From Lama guanicoe (taxonomy: Eukaryota), in the NCBI GenBank assembly GCA_013239625.1, contig MU053279.1:18935-72171 (forward strand): a stretch of DNA of 53,237 nucleotides, in the 5' to 3' direction. The position numbers and the translations under genes were made by a program. Of this stretch, positions 24,705 through 36,059 are shown one piece after another (positions within the stretch are counted from its first letter, which is position 1; every line of letters begins with the position of its first letter). Below the pieces are notes generated by a model. It was not told the origin of the DNA and searched no databases. It worked only from the letters and a program-made list of their open reading frames with translations.

Positions 24705-26788
24705 CTGTAGCACAACTGATGATCTCAGACAGTGGTTGCCCAAGACAGTAACGCTCTGTTATCTACGTGACAGCACAGGGAACGTAACATGCTTCCACAC
24801 AGGAAAAGGTGGGCCAGCGTGAGCCCAGGACATGGGCGGCCCAAGGGGTGAGAAGTCAGGTGAAAATGTCTGAGAAACAGCACCACGAATAAGGGTGTCC
24901 TCTGCCAAGAGGCGTGAAGATGTCAACATGGTGCAGAGAATGACCACAGAGAGCCAAGGCGCCAGGTCAGAGGAGGGCAGCCACTCGTACCTTTCTTTAA
25001 AGGTTATAAGAGTAGTTCTTCTGTCCGATTAATCAATAATGGGAGCATGAGTGGCTCGGTTTTAAGGCACCTCAATAACTTTTTTAACGTGAATTCACAC
25101 ACGTGCACACAGACATGCGCCTCCCAAAGGCAAGTGACCTTCCCAAGCTATAGACAAACATGGGAGCCCCTTGGCCCCTGGGCCCTGTGGGGCAGGTCAG
25201 CCTGGAGCTGGCCCAGAGCCCTGGTGTCTTACCTCACAGAAGCTCTGGCACTGCTGCTTCCTCAGGTCCCAGGACGCCTTGCAGGGCTCCAGGCACTGGG
25301 AGAGAGAAACAGGGGAAATAAGTTAGTAAACATGGTCAGGAAACAAAGCGGAAAAGGAAAGGACCCACTTGTGCACCATCCTCACTGTTCGGTGCCTACT
25401 TTCCTTGGTGACTTTAGGAAATCTAACTAATCAGAGGATCATGTTAACCGGGTATCACAGGGCTCTGTGGGAGAGCATCACTACAGAGCGGGAACAGCTA
25501 GATGTGTGTTTCAACTCAGCTGAAAAGGAACAGCTGCACAGTCTGGCTGGAGGTGACAGCTAGGAAAAGCTGTGACGCTGCCTGGCAGGCACAGCGACTT
25601 GGATAGGAGATACTGTTTATTCAGTAACAAATACCTCCTAAAGGCTGCTGTTACAGATCAACGTTTTCTTCTCATAAACATCAGTAATAACTTGCTTTTA
25701 CATTGGCAGTGGGATGGGGGTATAGCACGTGGTTGGTGTGCACGAGGTCCTGGGTTCAATCCCTAGTGCCTCCGTTTAGAGGGAAAAAAAAAATATATAT
25801 ATATATGTATGCTCTTCTGTAAGTGACTGAAGTATTAAATATATATATATACATCTCACACATATTAAGTTATGTCTTTATGTCAGTGAAGCCAACATTC
25901 ACCCAATTTAAGTTCTCTATTAAAATATATTGAATAAGCTGAACACAAGATTCTGACATGTGAGTTTCAGAATAAAGTTTGAAGATGTATATTTATATAT
26001 ATAAGAAATATAGTATTACATATAATTTATACTTATACTTAATAATTTATATATATTTTAATAAATCAAAGATGATACCCAGGATCCATTGTTCAGTCAC
26101 AACTGTGATAATAAACAGTAATAGAACTGAATGAACAAAGTACTGAATAAACAAAGTGCATATGTCAAATAGTACTGAATAAACAATAGCACAGAATGAT
26201 AAACAATAACATTGAATAAACAATGTAAATATAGCTTATTAATACATATACAATGGATAATTATCACACAAAACATAGTACCACAGAGTACTATATATAC
26301 TGTCTGTGTAATACATTGTAGGAAGAGGCCTCACGATGGAAATTGTTACATTCATATGAATGGACATCATATTCTCAAAATTACATTTCAATGCAATTTT
26401 TAATTATTAAAGTATTAATGATTAAAAACTAATCATCATGTATCATTAAATGTTGGTTATCTAAATACTGGCATACCCCTGGCTCCCAGAGGCTCGTGAT
26501 TATTTTATCTGTATGACTCTTATTTCATTATTGATTAATTTCCCAATTGAGATTAAAATTCTCAGTTAAATTTCTGACATGTATAATGTAGAATTCAGGA
26601 TATACACCTGTGCTATTCTTTCACTCTACTTTCTAGTACCCTCCCTGTTTTAAAATAAAGATATAGTTTAAAAGATAAACTGAAGACTTTATGGTGAAAT
26701 TTAATTTTCAAATATCCATTGCTATTTTTTTCAGTCAAAAATGCACATATGAAAATAAACCACTGTATCAAGTGTCCATCTGCCACGG
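24705..26788. repeat. Tandem segmental duplication, copy 2 (has extra 25941-26187)
   Basis: Same start and end as copy 1; about six substitutions seen by eye, a 3-bp microsatellite length difference and a 247-bp extra segment. Confidence 0.97.
25710..25793 (+). mobile_element. vic-1-type SINE (duplicate of 23862-23944)
   Basis: ggggtatagcacgtggttggtgtgcacgaggtcctgggttcaatccc plus A-tail. Confidence 0.75.
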
Positions 26789-26867
26789 CCCTGCCCTCAC
26801 AGTGTGATCAGTGACCAATAATACAAGCATCATATTGTTGTTTATTAGAGATGCAAATCCATGTGTG

Positions 26868-26960
26868 CCCCCCAGACCTACAGAGTCATAGCTCTGCAAT
26901 TGGGACCCAAGAATCTCTTCCAGCAAGTTCTCCTGGAGATCCAGATGCTACACTGAGCTC
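26868..26960. mobile_element. MER5A-like hAT-Charlie fragment
   Basis: ccccagacctacagagtcatagctctg...gggacccaagaatct...caagttctcctggagatccagatgc. Confidence 0.6.
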
Positions 26961-26994
26961 TAAAAAGAACTATCTTATTGTGGAGAGCATTTCC

Positions 26995-27109
26995 CAAAAT
27001 ATATATGTATCAAATCATCACACTGTACACCTTAAACTTACACAATGTGCAATTAAAATTATACAATGCATGTTTTGTCAATTACATCTCAATAAGGCTG
27101 GGGAAAAAA
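26995..27109 (+). mobile_element. L1MA-like 3' terminus
   Basis: gtatcaaatcatcacactgtacaccttaaacttacacaatg...gtcaattacatctcaataaggctggggaaaaaa. Confidence 0.8.
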
Positions 27110-28606
27110 CTGCTGTAGAATTTGATGGAAAACAAAGTCTATGATGTCACTTTCTTGTTTCATGCATTTTACATTAAGAATCGGTCTATTTCTTACAAAA
27201 ATATTCTAGATGTTATATTATTTACTGTTGCATATGAACAATTCATCTTTAGTTATTTTAATTTAAAAAAAACCCTGAGCTCCTTAATGATTCTTTCTCA
27301 AGACCTCTAAGAGCTTGTCCCAAGTTCATTCGTATTCACTTCTCCCAAGCATGCTCTAAAACAAATGTACAAACTTTCACCCATACAACAATTCTAAACT
27401 TTTTGAATAGCAAGGAAATAATCCTGAAACCTGTCTACCTTACATATTGTATGCATTCCCTAGAGCTAGTCTTGTTTCCTAAAGGTACACCCAGTGCCTT
27501 ACTCTTAGAGCTATCCTTATGTGTGTCAAGACGTTGGCTCCCAGCCAAAAAATATTTAGTTGTCATTTAATAAATATGCTTAGATCTAATTCCTTCTCAA
27601 GAGCACTTGAAATGAATAAATGGCACTCTTTAAAACACCTTGCAACTTTGTTCATTTGGAGAGTGTCACACGATGGAGAAGAACCAATGACTCCACAAGA
27701 TCTGGGTTTTTTCACGGACAGAGGGTCAGCAACTTGCAAGTTAAGTCTCCATCACTTCATTCAGGAAACGTCCAACAAGCGTTTGTTCCCACATAAAAAC
27801 TTTCAGTGCAATGAGGATAAAAAGGTCTCTAATAATGCAATTCTTGCTTTCTGTCACTGCTGAAAATGTAAATTTGGAAAACACACTATCACATGCGCAT
27901 GGTTGCATTTTCACAACTACAGGCAACAGGGCATTAAAAAGTCAGTGCTTTGTGATAGCCACCATTCCAAGTCAAATTGGAGAACAAATACCTTATTCAA
28001 AACAGGTGTTGTTTACAAACATGGGTATACTTTTAAAATGCTAACGGCAGCAACACATACTGCACCTCTCCTTATTAATCGAACCTGTTTGTCAGGTCTA
28101 GCATTGGGTATACACAACATAGTGAAAGTTCTGTTTCAACTGCACGCTTTCCTGATTTCCAGTAACCACTAGTCAGTAGCATCTAAAGATACGTCTCAAA
28201 ATGCTATTAATGATGGCCAACATTTTCTTTCAGTAATCCTCTTTGAAAACCACCCGACCAGAACAGCCTAGATGGGAACACCTGAGTACATCTCTGTAGG
28301 ATAAATCTGCCAAATCTCTATTTTTTTTATGGGGCTGTTGTTCAGGTAAAATGAGTTCAACAAAAGACAGAAAGGAAAAAAGTGACAGCCATTTCTCTCA
28401 CACTTCAAGCAAGAAGAAAACACGTCCTTTTCCTCCAAGGAATTGTAAGAAAAAGTAACATAAAATAAATAAAACATAAATAAAGTTTTGCCCCAAAAAA
28501 GGGTACCCCTAAATCTCTTCCACGAGAGAAAAGAACAGGAGAGAAATAACACTACAAGCAGACAACTGCACATTTGAGGACCATGATCATATATTGCCTC
28601 AAACTA

Positions 28607-28607
28607 C

Positions 28608-28639
<32 letters not shown>

Positions 28640-28660
28640 AACAAAAAAACAACCAAACAA
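28607..28660 (+). repeat. (CAAAA)n microsatellite
   Basis: caaaaaacaaaacaaaacaaaacaaaacaaaaaaacaaaaaaac. Confidence 0.9.
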
Positions 28661-28954
28661 TAATCAAAGAATATTTTAGCAAGTGTTTTAGGCTTTCAAG
28701 TTTAGGGTGATCAACTATTTGAAGTCATTTCCTCCTAGGCTATTGCTTCAGGCTCAATAAAGGAAAACGTCAAATTTCAGAGAAATTTAGAAAGAAGAAA
28801 AGGTTGAGCCAGCTAATCCCACAGATCATCATTTGGAATGTAGGTTATCAATTAGTTTTTACTTAATCTAAGAAGATACATTTGCAATAGCATTTGCTCA
28901 GGTGACAATTCTGCATTAAATTTATGTTTTAAATAGTACAGTAGTAAACATGTT

Positions 28955-29065
28955 CATTCAGTGTCCCACTGAGATGTAAGGTCCGTGAACACAGACTTTG
29001 TGAAATTTACTAAAGTGCTCTTTGCATATTGTAGCAGCCCAGAAAACACCTGTTGAATAAAGTTA
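28955..29065 (+). mobile_element. L2 3' end fragment
   Basis: cccactgagatgtaaggtccgtgaacacagactttgt...tgttgaataaa. Confidence 0.6.
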
Positions 29066-29412
29066 TTGATAAATTTAAGTGATTTTATAACCAGTACTTA
29101 AAGTTGAGACACCCAGATATTTCCAGGGACCAAGCAAATAATGACTATGAGTTATGGGGGGTAAATGTTGAATAACTGGGAGTGTGAGAAGGGATGGTAC
29201 ACTGAAGAGCTCACCTCAAATCGCTCCTCACTGCCTCTGCTTCTTGTCCAGAATTGCCTGGCACTCAAACTTTACAGAGAAGCCAATGACACAGAATGTC
29301 TGTAAACCAACCCAATTTTTAAATATACTGCACAACACTGTACAGGTCTTTTTTTAGTGTAATTTATTTACATCATAAGATACGCAATAAATTATTTTAA
29401 TTGCTCGAAGGA

Positions 29413-29617
29413 AGTGGTTCTGAAATGGGAGTGATTTTGTATTCCCAGGGGACATGTGGCAATGCGTGGAGATCACTTGTTTGTTACAATTATGGGCTTC
29501 TTGTAGGTAGAGGCTAGGGAGGCTACTTAAATATTCTACAATGTGCAGGAGAGCCCCCCTACACAGTAAAAAAAATTATCTGGCTCCAGATGTTGAGAGT
29601 GCCAAGGTGTAGAATTT
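29413..29617 (+). mobile_element. MER20 (hAT-Charlie)
   Basis: agtggttctgaaatgggagtgattttg...cccaggggacatgtggcaatg...ggtagaggctagggaggctacttaaatattctacaatg...aattatctggctccagatgttgagagtgccaagg. Confidence 0.85.
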
Positions 29618-30349
29618 GTGAACAACATGCAACAGAAATGCAGTGGGCTAACCACAGTAACAGGGTTGATCCTGAGAAATGACTTCCCCAGGATGGAGGA
29701 GCAAATGCTACTTAGGACTATGAGCTCTCATCACGGAACAATTCTATATAATCTGGTCACATTCATCCTTCTAAAATACAGTTCTGAAAATGTGAGGTCC
29801 CTGATGCAATTAGTCAACAATTGTCAAGTGAAACCCAAAATATATGGTTTTATATTTAAAACATCTGGTCAACCAGCAAATCATGTCTAACCAACTTCTT
29901 CAACCTCATATAAATTGCTTCCAGTGAAGTTGGTTGCTTTTCTCTTCCCTAAACCCAAGATCCTTTCCAATTCCACTATATTACTACATTTTTTTCTTAA
30001 AGAGAATCTATTCAGTCCTTCTCCACTCAGATCAGTAGCTGCTTCAAACCATCTAATTTTGACCATTGCTGTCCACACAGTGCACACTGACTTCCCCTCT
30101 CTGCAACCACGGAGCATCTAGAGTTTCTGTCAAGAATCCTTACATTTCACTTTGACTAATTTGTGGAGTCTAAGACTTGTACTGAAGTAACACAGCCTTC
30201 AATTCCTCTTCAGGAGGGAGTGTGCCTGCTAACCCTTTTGCAATCCTTCACGAGGCGTATGGGACTGAGCAGGCAAATGAGGGGATGGACTCTAGAACTA
30301 CCCAAGAGCAGGACCACAGTGCAGCCTGCACAGAATGGAGCAATGGGAG

Positions 30350-30830
30350 CTCCAGTGTGAGCCCCAGCTCTGCCACGTATCTACTCCACAGCTGACAAAA
30401 ATCACATCGACTCTTGAGCCTCGGTTTGCTAACTCAAATATGAGCATACAATCCCCCATGTTAACTGAATGAACTATCACTGAACATGAAAGAGTGCCAG
30501 AACCTTTACTGATGTACGGAACACACTTAAAACCATTTGTTCCATGGTGCCTCACAACAAAACCAAGCGGGAATATAAAATTAGGTAGTATTATCCTTAC
30601 ATTTTAGAGAGAGGAAACTGCAGTTTAGCGAGGTTGAGGAAAGAAAGCAAGTGACAATGGTTGAGACTGTGGGAACTAGAATTTGGACCCAGGCTTTGGC
30701 ACATCCAAAGGAATGTTATTTCCACTATAAAGCACTGCTCTCTGCATGCCACTTGCTGCGAGGATTTAATGAGATGATACGTGTAAAAGGGATTTAGAAA
30801 CTGAAAAGTACTTAGCTAATCTAAGAGATG
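30350..30830. mobile_element. Cluster of MIR fragments in both orientations
   Basis: cccagctctgccac...tgagcctcggtttgctaactcaaatatg (+); attatccttacattttagagagaggaaactgcag (-); gaggatttaatgagatgatacgtgtaaaag (+). Confidence 0.7.
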
Positions 30831-31329
30831 ACTGAATTATCATCATCCCAAGGAGGATTCAGCTCCAGAAAGCTCTTGGTGCTACAGATCCCATGGTATT
30901 TCTGTACACCACCAGCAGAGAGATCCAACTCTTATGAGCCAAAGTACTGACAAAGAGGGAAATGATTGATATTGCTTTGGTGAACTACCATCTGGACAGT
31001 TTGGCACAAAATCCCATACCTTATATTTCATTAAACACTTCATAAAAGTACAGCAACAGAAATTATATCATCTACATAGCAACCACCAAAAATTCTGAAG
31101 CAAAAAGCTTCCCTATAAGATACAAATGTCCACACATGCCCAATCATCAAGGAAATAGAACCCATAATTGCATTACGCTGAATAGATGGAACCCACGTTA
31201 AACCAAAGCAAGCAGAACTCCATACAATGCAACCTGCTCAAACTAACATCTGCTGAATCAGCAAATATGGATTCATATTTCCTTTGTGCAAGGTGCTCAT
31301 CTATTCACTAAGGAGGGGAGAAATCTGGT

Positions 31330-31780
31330 CAAGATTCATTCTGCCCTAAAGTAGCCTATAATCTCCATGGGAGAGAAGCATGTGGATAAAGCAGGGGACA
31401 GCAATGAAGCATACAAGAAATGACAGAAGAATAACATCCCATAAGAAACTGAAGAAGTGATATGTAGCTCCATGTGGGATAACTGGAGAGCATTTCACAG
31501 AACTGAGGGCTCCTGGATTAGCTTGGCAGGATGAGAAGGACTTGAGCATTGTAAGTAGATTAGGGGCCAAGACAACATTGTAAGTAAGTGGCATGTGACT
31601 GCTGTAAGGGGGAAAGAGGCAGTAAAACACATGGCTAGGAAGATGGCCCTTGCAGTTCAATGAGGAGCCACTGATGCTCTCAGAACAGAGTTGCTCGCCC
31701 CAGTTTGCATTGGAAATGACTTGAGTATTAGAATAGGTGATGGATGACAGAGGGAAGATATGCAGCAAATGAAAGCGAAG
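31330..31780 (-). mobile_element. L2 fragment
   Basis: cagttcaatgaggagccactgatgctctcagaacagag...tttgcattggaaatgact. Confidence 0.55.
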
Positions 31781-31919
31781 TTTTTACAATGTCTTCCAAA
31801 TCTTCTACCATTTCTAGCACCCTCTGGAAGGCAAAGGACAGTGAGGAAAAGGATGGGGAAAAGAAACCTGTGAAAGGTAATGGAGGAGCAGGGAGAATGG
31901 GAAAGGCACCAAAATTTCT

Positions 31920-32055
31920 GGGTTTTTTGAGGGGGGGTAATTAGGTTTATTTATTTATTATTATAATCTTTTATTTAACAGAGGTACTGGGGATTGAACC
32001 CATGACCTCGTGCATACTAAGCATGCAGTCTACCACTGAGCTATACTCTCCCCCT
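31920..32055 (-). mobile_element. Full-length vic-1-type camelid tRNA-derived SINE
   Basis: Reverse complement reads ggggagagtatagctcagtggtagactgcatgcttagtatgcacgaggtcatgggttcaatccccagtacctc...aaataaacctaattaccccccc; 15-bp TSD ggcaccaaa(a/c)tttct at 31905-31919 and 32056-32070. Confidence 0.92.
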
Positions 32056-32386
32056 GGCACCAAACTTTCTCAAACCGATCAGAAATGAGCTGACCATGCC
32101 AATAAGATGGAGGGTGCAGGAGACACAAACACGGAGAGGGACACGGAATTAAGTGTTTAACATGATGAGTTTAAGGTGTCTAGTGCATGTACAGGAAGGG
32201 ATGCCCACCAAGCTGCTGGAATTGTGGACGTGGTGTTCTGGACAAAGGAGAAGCTAGTGATGCGCATGTGCAAGTCTCTTTGCTCTTTCTCCCTACATCA
32301 TTCATTCATTCATTTCTTTCATAAATATGTACTTAATTTCATTACCATGATGTCATGCTAAGTGATGTGTCTGCTAGATTTATGAA

Positions 32387-32390
<4 letters not shown>

Positions 32391-32426
<36 letters not shown>
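32391..32426. repeat. (AC)18 microsatellite
   Basis: Perfect AC run. Confidence 0.97.
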
Positions 32427-32429
<3 letters not shown>

Positions 32430-34539
32430 GAAGACCAGCGCATCTAGACTGTGGGGGATTGGGATAGACAAGAGCTACAATGGTAACACAGAGGATGTCT
32501 CATGGTTCAGCAAAATGTTCTTGTTTGCTCTGCTTTGCTCCCTCTTTTTGCATCTGTGCATGAGGTTACTGAAACGAGGAGACGCAAAGAAGATGAGAGG
32601 CAGACACACTGGAAGGCAGAAAGGAAGGGTCAGATGGAGGGGGTCTGATTGAAGATATAGGACAAACAAGAAATAATCAACAGATAAAGGTCTCAGGGAA
32701 AGCTGCAAGGCTTATGACATGGGTACACAGAATTTCAGAAAGGCAAGGAATCTATGATGGCATAGAATCCAACCCTACATCTTCTAGATTTGGCAACTAA
32801 AACAGCTTCACAGCAGCAATGGCTGGGTTGCAGCATTTAGGTCCACAGCTCCAGCTGCGATTGGACACAGACCATTCAATTTGCTGTTCAGCTTAGCGGA
32901 TATAAGAATTTGGATGCAGAGATACATGCCAGTGGTCATGAGTCACACATGGCAGCCAGTCACAGTTTTCCAACATGGTGAGAAAGTGCTGACAATTAGA
33001 TATGTGTCCTTCCAGGTACAATTCTAGGGGCTGGGCATGAGAGGCCTGAGAGGCCTGAGAGGATAGATCACACAGTGAAGGACACAGAAACTGATGATCC
33101 CAGCCAGGTCTGAGGTGTCTGATATATAAAAGAATAACAGTTGCCCAAGAGGATTCTTTGGAAGTAAAAATTTTAATGACAACATTTTTAAATGCTTACA
33201 TGTAGTATATGCTCCATGAATCTGGTCCCCTTCCATTTCCAGAGGACCACAAAGGAGAACTGATTTTCATTCTTTCACATTTCCCTGATATCTACCTTCT
33301 TCCTTTTAATTGAAAAAGAAAAAAGTTCTTTTAATTCTGGTCTCTCAAACACTTTCCAATAATTGTTTTTAAAGTGCCATTTTGGGGCCCAAATTACAAC
33401 AGTTGTGCACACTGTTCTTGTCTGTGTGGCCAGAGGTGGATTCAGAAGGAAAAATCTAAGACTACAGCCCTGTACGTTTTACAGAACATAAAGTATGCTT
33501 TCACAAAAAAATTTTCTGTTGAATAATAAAAAATCAAATAGTGATTTATAGTTAATTTTTGTCTGGATGGTTGCCTGGATGTACAGAATAAATTTGGAGT
33601 TCCACAGAAAATATTCACTTTTCTGTTCATACAGGTCTGTACTCACCGCATATAATAATACTATCAACAGAAGTTTCCAAAGACCTCTTCTGTTTTCTGA
33701 ATTAACAGCAGCAAGTTTCTCTGCGAAACTGTAGATCTGTTTTTTAAATGGAAGTGGGTTTCCCCCCCAATATAGTTCCTACAATATGTGCACTGTACTG
33801 TCTTTAGCATTATTCATGGACTTTCTTCAGTTCTCAATTGGTCTAGAAATTGTTACAGTCCTGTATGTGGAAAAGTGCACTGTTTCTTGCCAAAATAATG
33901 AAATCTTTTGGTGGACAGCCCATGAAAGTAGAGTTGAACAATCATTACAGCCTAAACCACAGAGGATTAGCAAGCCAACCCTGGAGAGCAATGTCACGCC
34001 TCAGATATCTCCAATCCCAAGTCAACTTTCTCTGAAACATTCACAGGATATTTACTCTCCCCTCATGATATTTATCAAGAAACCTGGGCCTCGTTTCATC
34101 ACAAACACTTCTCACAATAAAGGGAGTTCTAACATCAAGAGTTCTTTCAGTTTCAGCAAAACATGTTTAGAAACAAACAGTTAAAATGGAAAAAAAGAAA
34201 TGAATCCAGGTAGTTATCATCAGAAGACCCTCCTCTCACTGTGTCCTCTCTCATGGGAACTGCACCATTATGCATTCCATGAAGTCTTTTGAAATAGATC
34301 CATGAGGGAATTCTGTTCCCCTGAAGACCAAGCACACGCCCTCAGCATCTCGATTTTCCACCTGACCTGTTATGGCATCTTGGCATAGTGCTCAAGTGTC
34401 AAATAATATCCCCATGGTTATTTCTCAAATGAAAAAGATATTATGCATACCTGTAACTTATATAACATTATACATCAACTATACTTAAATTTAAAAAGTT
34501 TTTTAATTAAAAAAATTTTTTTAAATAATGGTAAAAAGG

Positions 34540-35180
34540 CCATTAATAATGAGGAGAAAGTGACAGCTTTACAGTGGAGAAACCTGGAGAAAACACCTTA
34601 ACTGAGTGACAAAGGAAACATCTCCAGGAATGGGGAAACCCACCCGGTGTGCCCCTGGTTTTAGCACAGCAGCATCACCAGTGAGGCAGCGTCCCTGCCC
34701 AAAGGGAAGAACCTGAATTCAACCACAAGGAAGTATCAGACAAGCCCAGAATGAGGCGCCTTCTACAAAGCAACAAGCCTCTGGTCTTCAAAACACCAGT
34801 GGTGTGAGAGGCAAGGAGGGTCAAAGATTGCTCCCAGAAGAAAGGAGGCTAAAGCTGTATGACAGCTAAATGCAAGCATGCTGATGGGCTGGATCCTGAA
34901 GCAGAGAAAACAATGCTAGACAGGGCATTACTGGCACAATTAGTGAAATTTAAATGTAGACCAAATATGAGGTCACAGCAGTACAACAACGTGAAATTCT
35001 CTGCATTCGATAATTCCAAGGCAGTTGTGGAAGAGATACATGCTGAACAATTTAGGGGTAATGAGTCATGATGTCTGCAACTTTTTTAAAAAAAATAGAT
35101 GGAAAAAATAACAATTACAAGTATACTGAAAAGAAGAATGTGGTAAAGCAAATAAAAGTTAATAACTGATAAATCTAGGT
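34540..35180 (+). mobile_element. Old L1MC/ME-like 3' region, left part (resumes at 38261)
   Basis: acagtggagaaacctgg...accttaactgagtgacaaagg...aggaagtatcagacaagccca...aaatgcaagcatg...ctggatcctg...ataaatctaggt. Confidence 0.8.
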
Positions 35181-35245
35181 TGGGGTCAACAACTCAAAAG
35201 CAGGAACCAAACGTGACACACAATCTGTTTTTGCAAATAAAATTT
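35181..35245 (+). mobile_element. MER58 (hAT-Charlie) left half
   Basis: ggggtcaacaac...ccaaacgtgacacacaatctgtttttgcaaataaaattt corresponds to the MER58A 5' part up to GTTTTTGTAAATAAAGTTT. Confidence 0.7.
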
Positions 35246-35393
35246 GGTGGAGGAGGTGGGTCTGAGACGTGTCCTCCGGTCTCTCCTCACACAGCTGCCT
35301 TGTGAATAAGCTTGCTTGACCACAGACGTCGGCCGGCATGTCAGCATTTGGCAGGCTGCGACGTGAGCAAATGGACCTGGTGGGGACAGTCGC
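35246..35393 (+). mobile_element. R-U5 portion of an ERV1 LTR (family of 7802-8941) at the 5' end of a composite insertion
   Basis: tctgagacgtgtcctcc...agctgccttgtgaataag...cagacgtcgg...cagcatttggcaggctgc...gcaaatggacct aligns by eye to 8817-8930 (tctgagacgtgttctcc...agctgccttgtgtataaa...cagacgttgg...cagcatttgactggctgc...gcaagtggacct). Confidence 0.8.
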
Positions 35394-35646
35394 ACCCTGC
35401 TGTAATTTGACCCAGAGCACACATGTCTAGAAACATCATCCTGGCTGTACTGCATCAAAAAGCCTGAAGAGGCTGCTTCATTTAAAACCTTCCCGCTGCT
35501 GTGGTATCTTTCAGAAAGAAGCAGCCATGCCTCTCGGTGCTGTGGAGACACAATGGAGTGGGATGAATGAAACAGAGGAGTTGTGCCAAGTGCCAGAAAC
35601 AGTATTCTCATCGTCACTGACGAGGAAAGACTTGTTCCTGAGGACG

Positions 35647-36059
35647 ATTCTAACACTAAAGAAAGAAGTGGCAATTCTGTGTCTCTGATGGGTATTACTT
35701 TCTTGTCTCATCTCCTTTGACAAAAGCTGGACATCTTAGATCTGTCTCTTGAAAGCATCTACCACATTGGTCTACATTTTGGTCCCAGAGAACAGAAAGG
35801 AAAAAAAGTCTGCTGGCAGCCAAGATGCTGGAGAAGGAGTTCCTTTCACGAAAATTCTAACGCTAAAGAAAGAAGTGGCAATTCTGTGTCTCTGACGGGT
35901 ATTATTTTCTTGTCTCATCTCCTTTGACAAAAGCTGGACATCTTAGATCTGTCCCTTGAAAGCATCTACCACATTGGTCTACATTTTGGTCCCAGAGAAC
36001 AGAAAGGAAAAAAAGTCTGCTGGCAGCCAAGATGCTGGAGAAGGAGTTCCTTTCACGAA
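35647..36059. repeat. 207-bp direct tandem duplication
   Basis: Units start attctaac at 35647 and 35854 and end ttcctttcacgaa; four substitutions seen. Confidence 0.95.

Noticed and set aside
22911..26403. Repeated identical ORFs suggesting a gene family
   Set aside because: They repeat only because of the recent DNA duplication; they show no recognisable domain or exon structure.
31980..32055. tRNA-Ala gene
   Set aside because: It has a SINE tail and TSD and lacks an intact acceptor stem, so it is a tRNA-derived SINE.
35186..35674. 162-aa minus-strand ORF
   Set aside because: It crosses the MER58/LTR/unique junctions in antisense, starts at a non-ATG codon and has no recognisable similarity.
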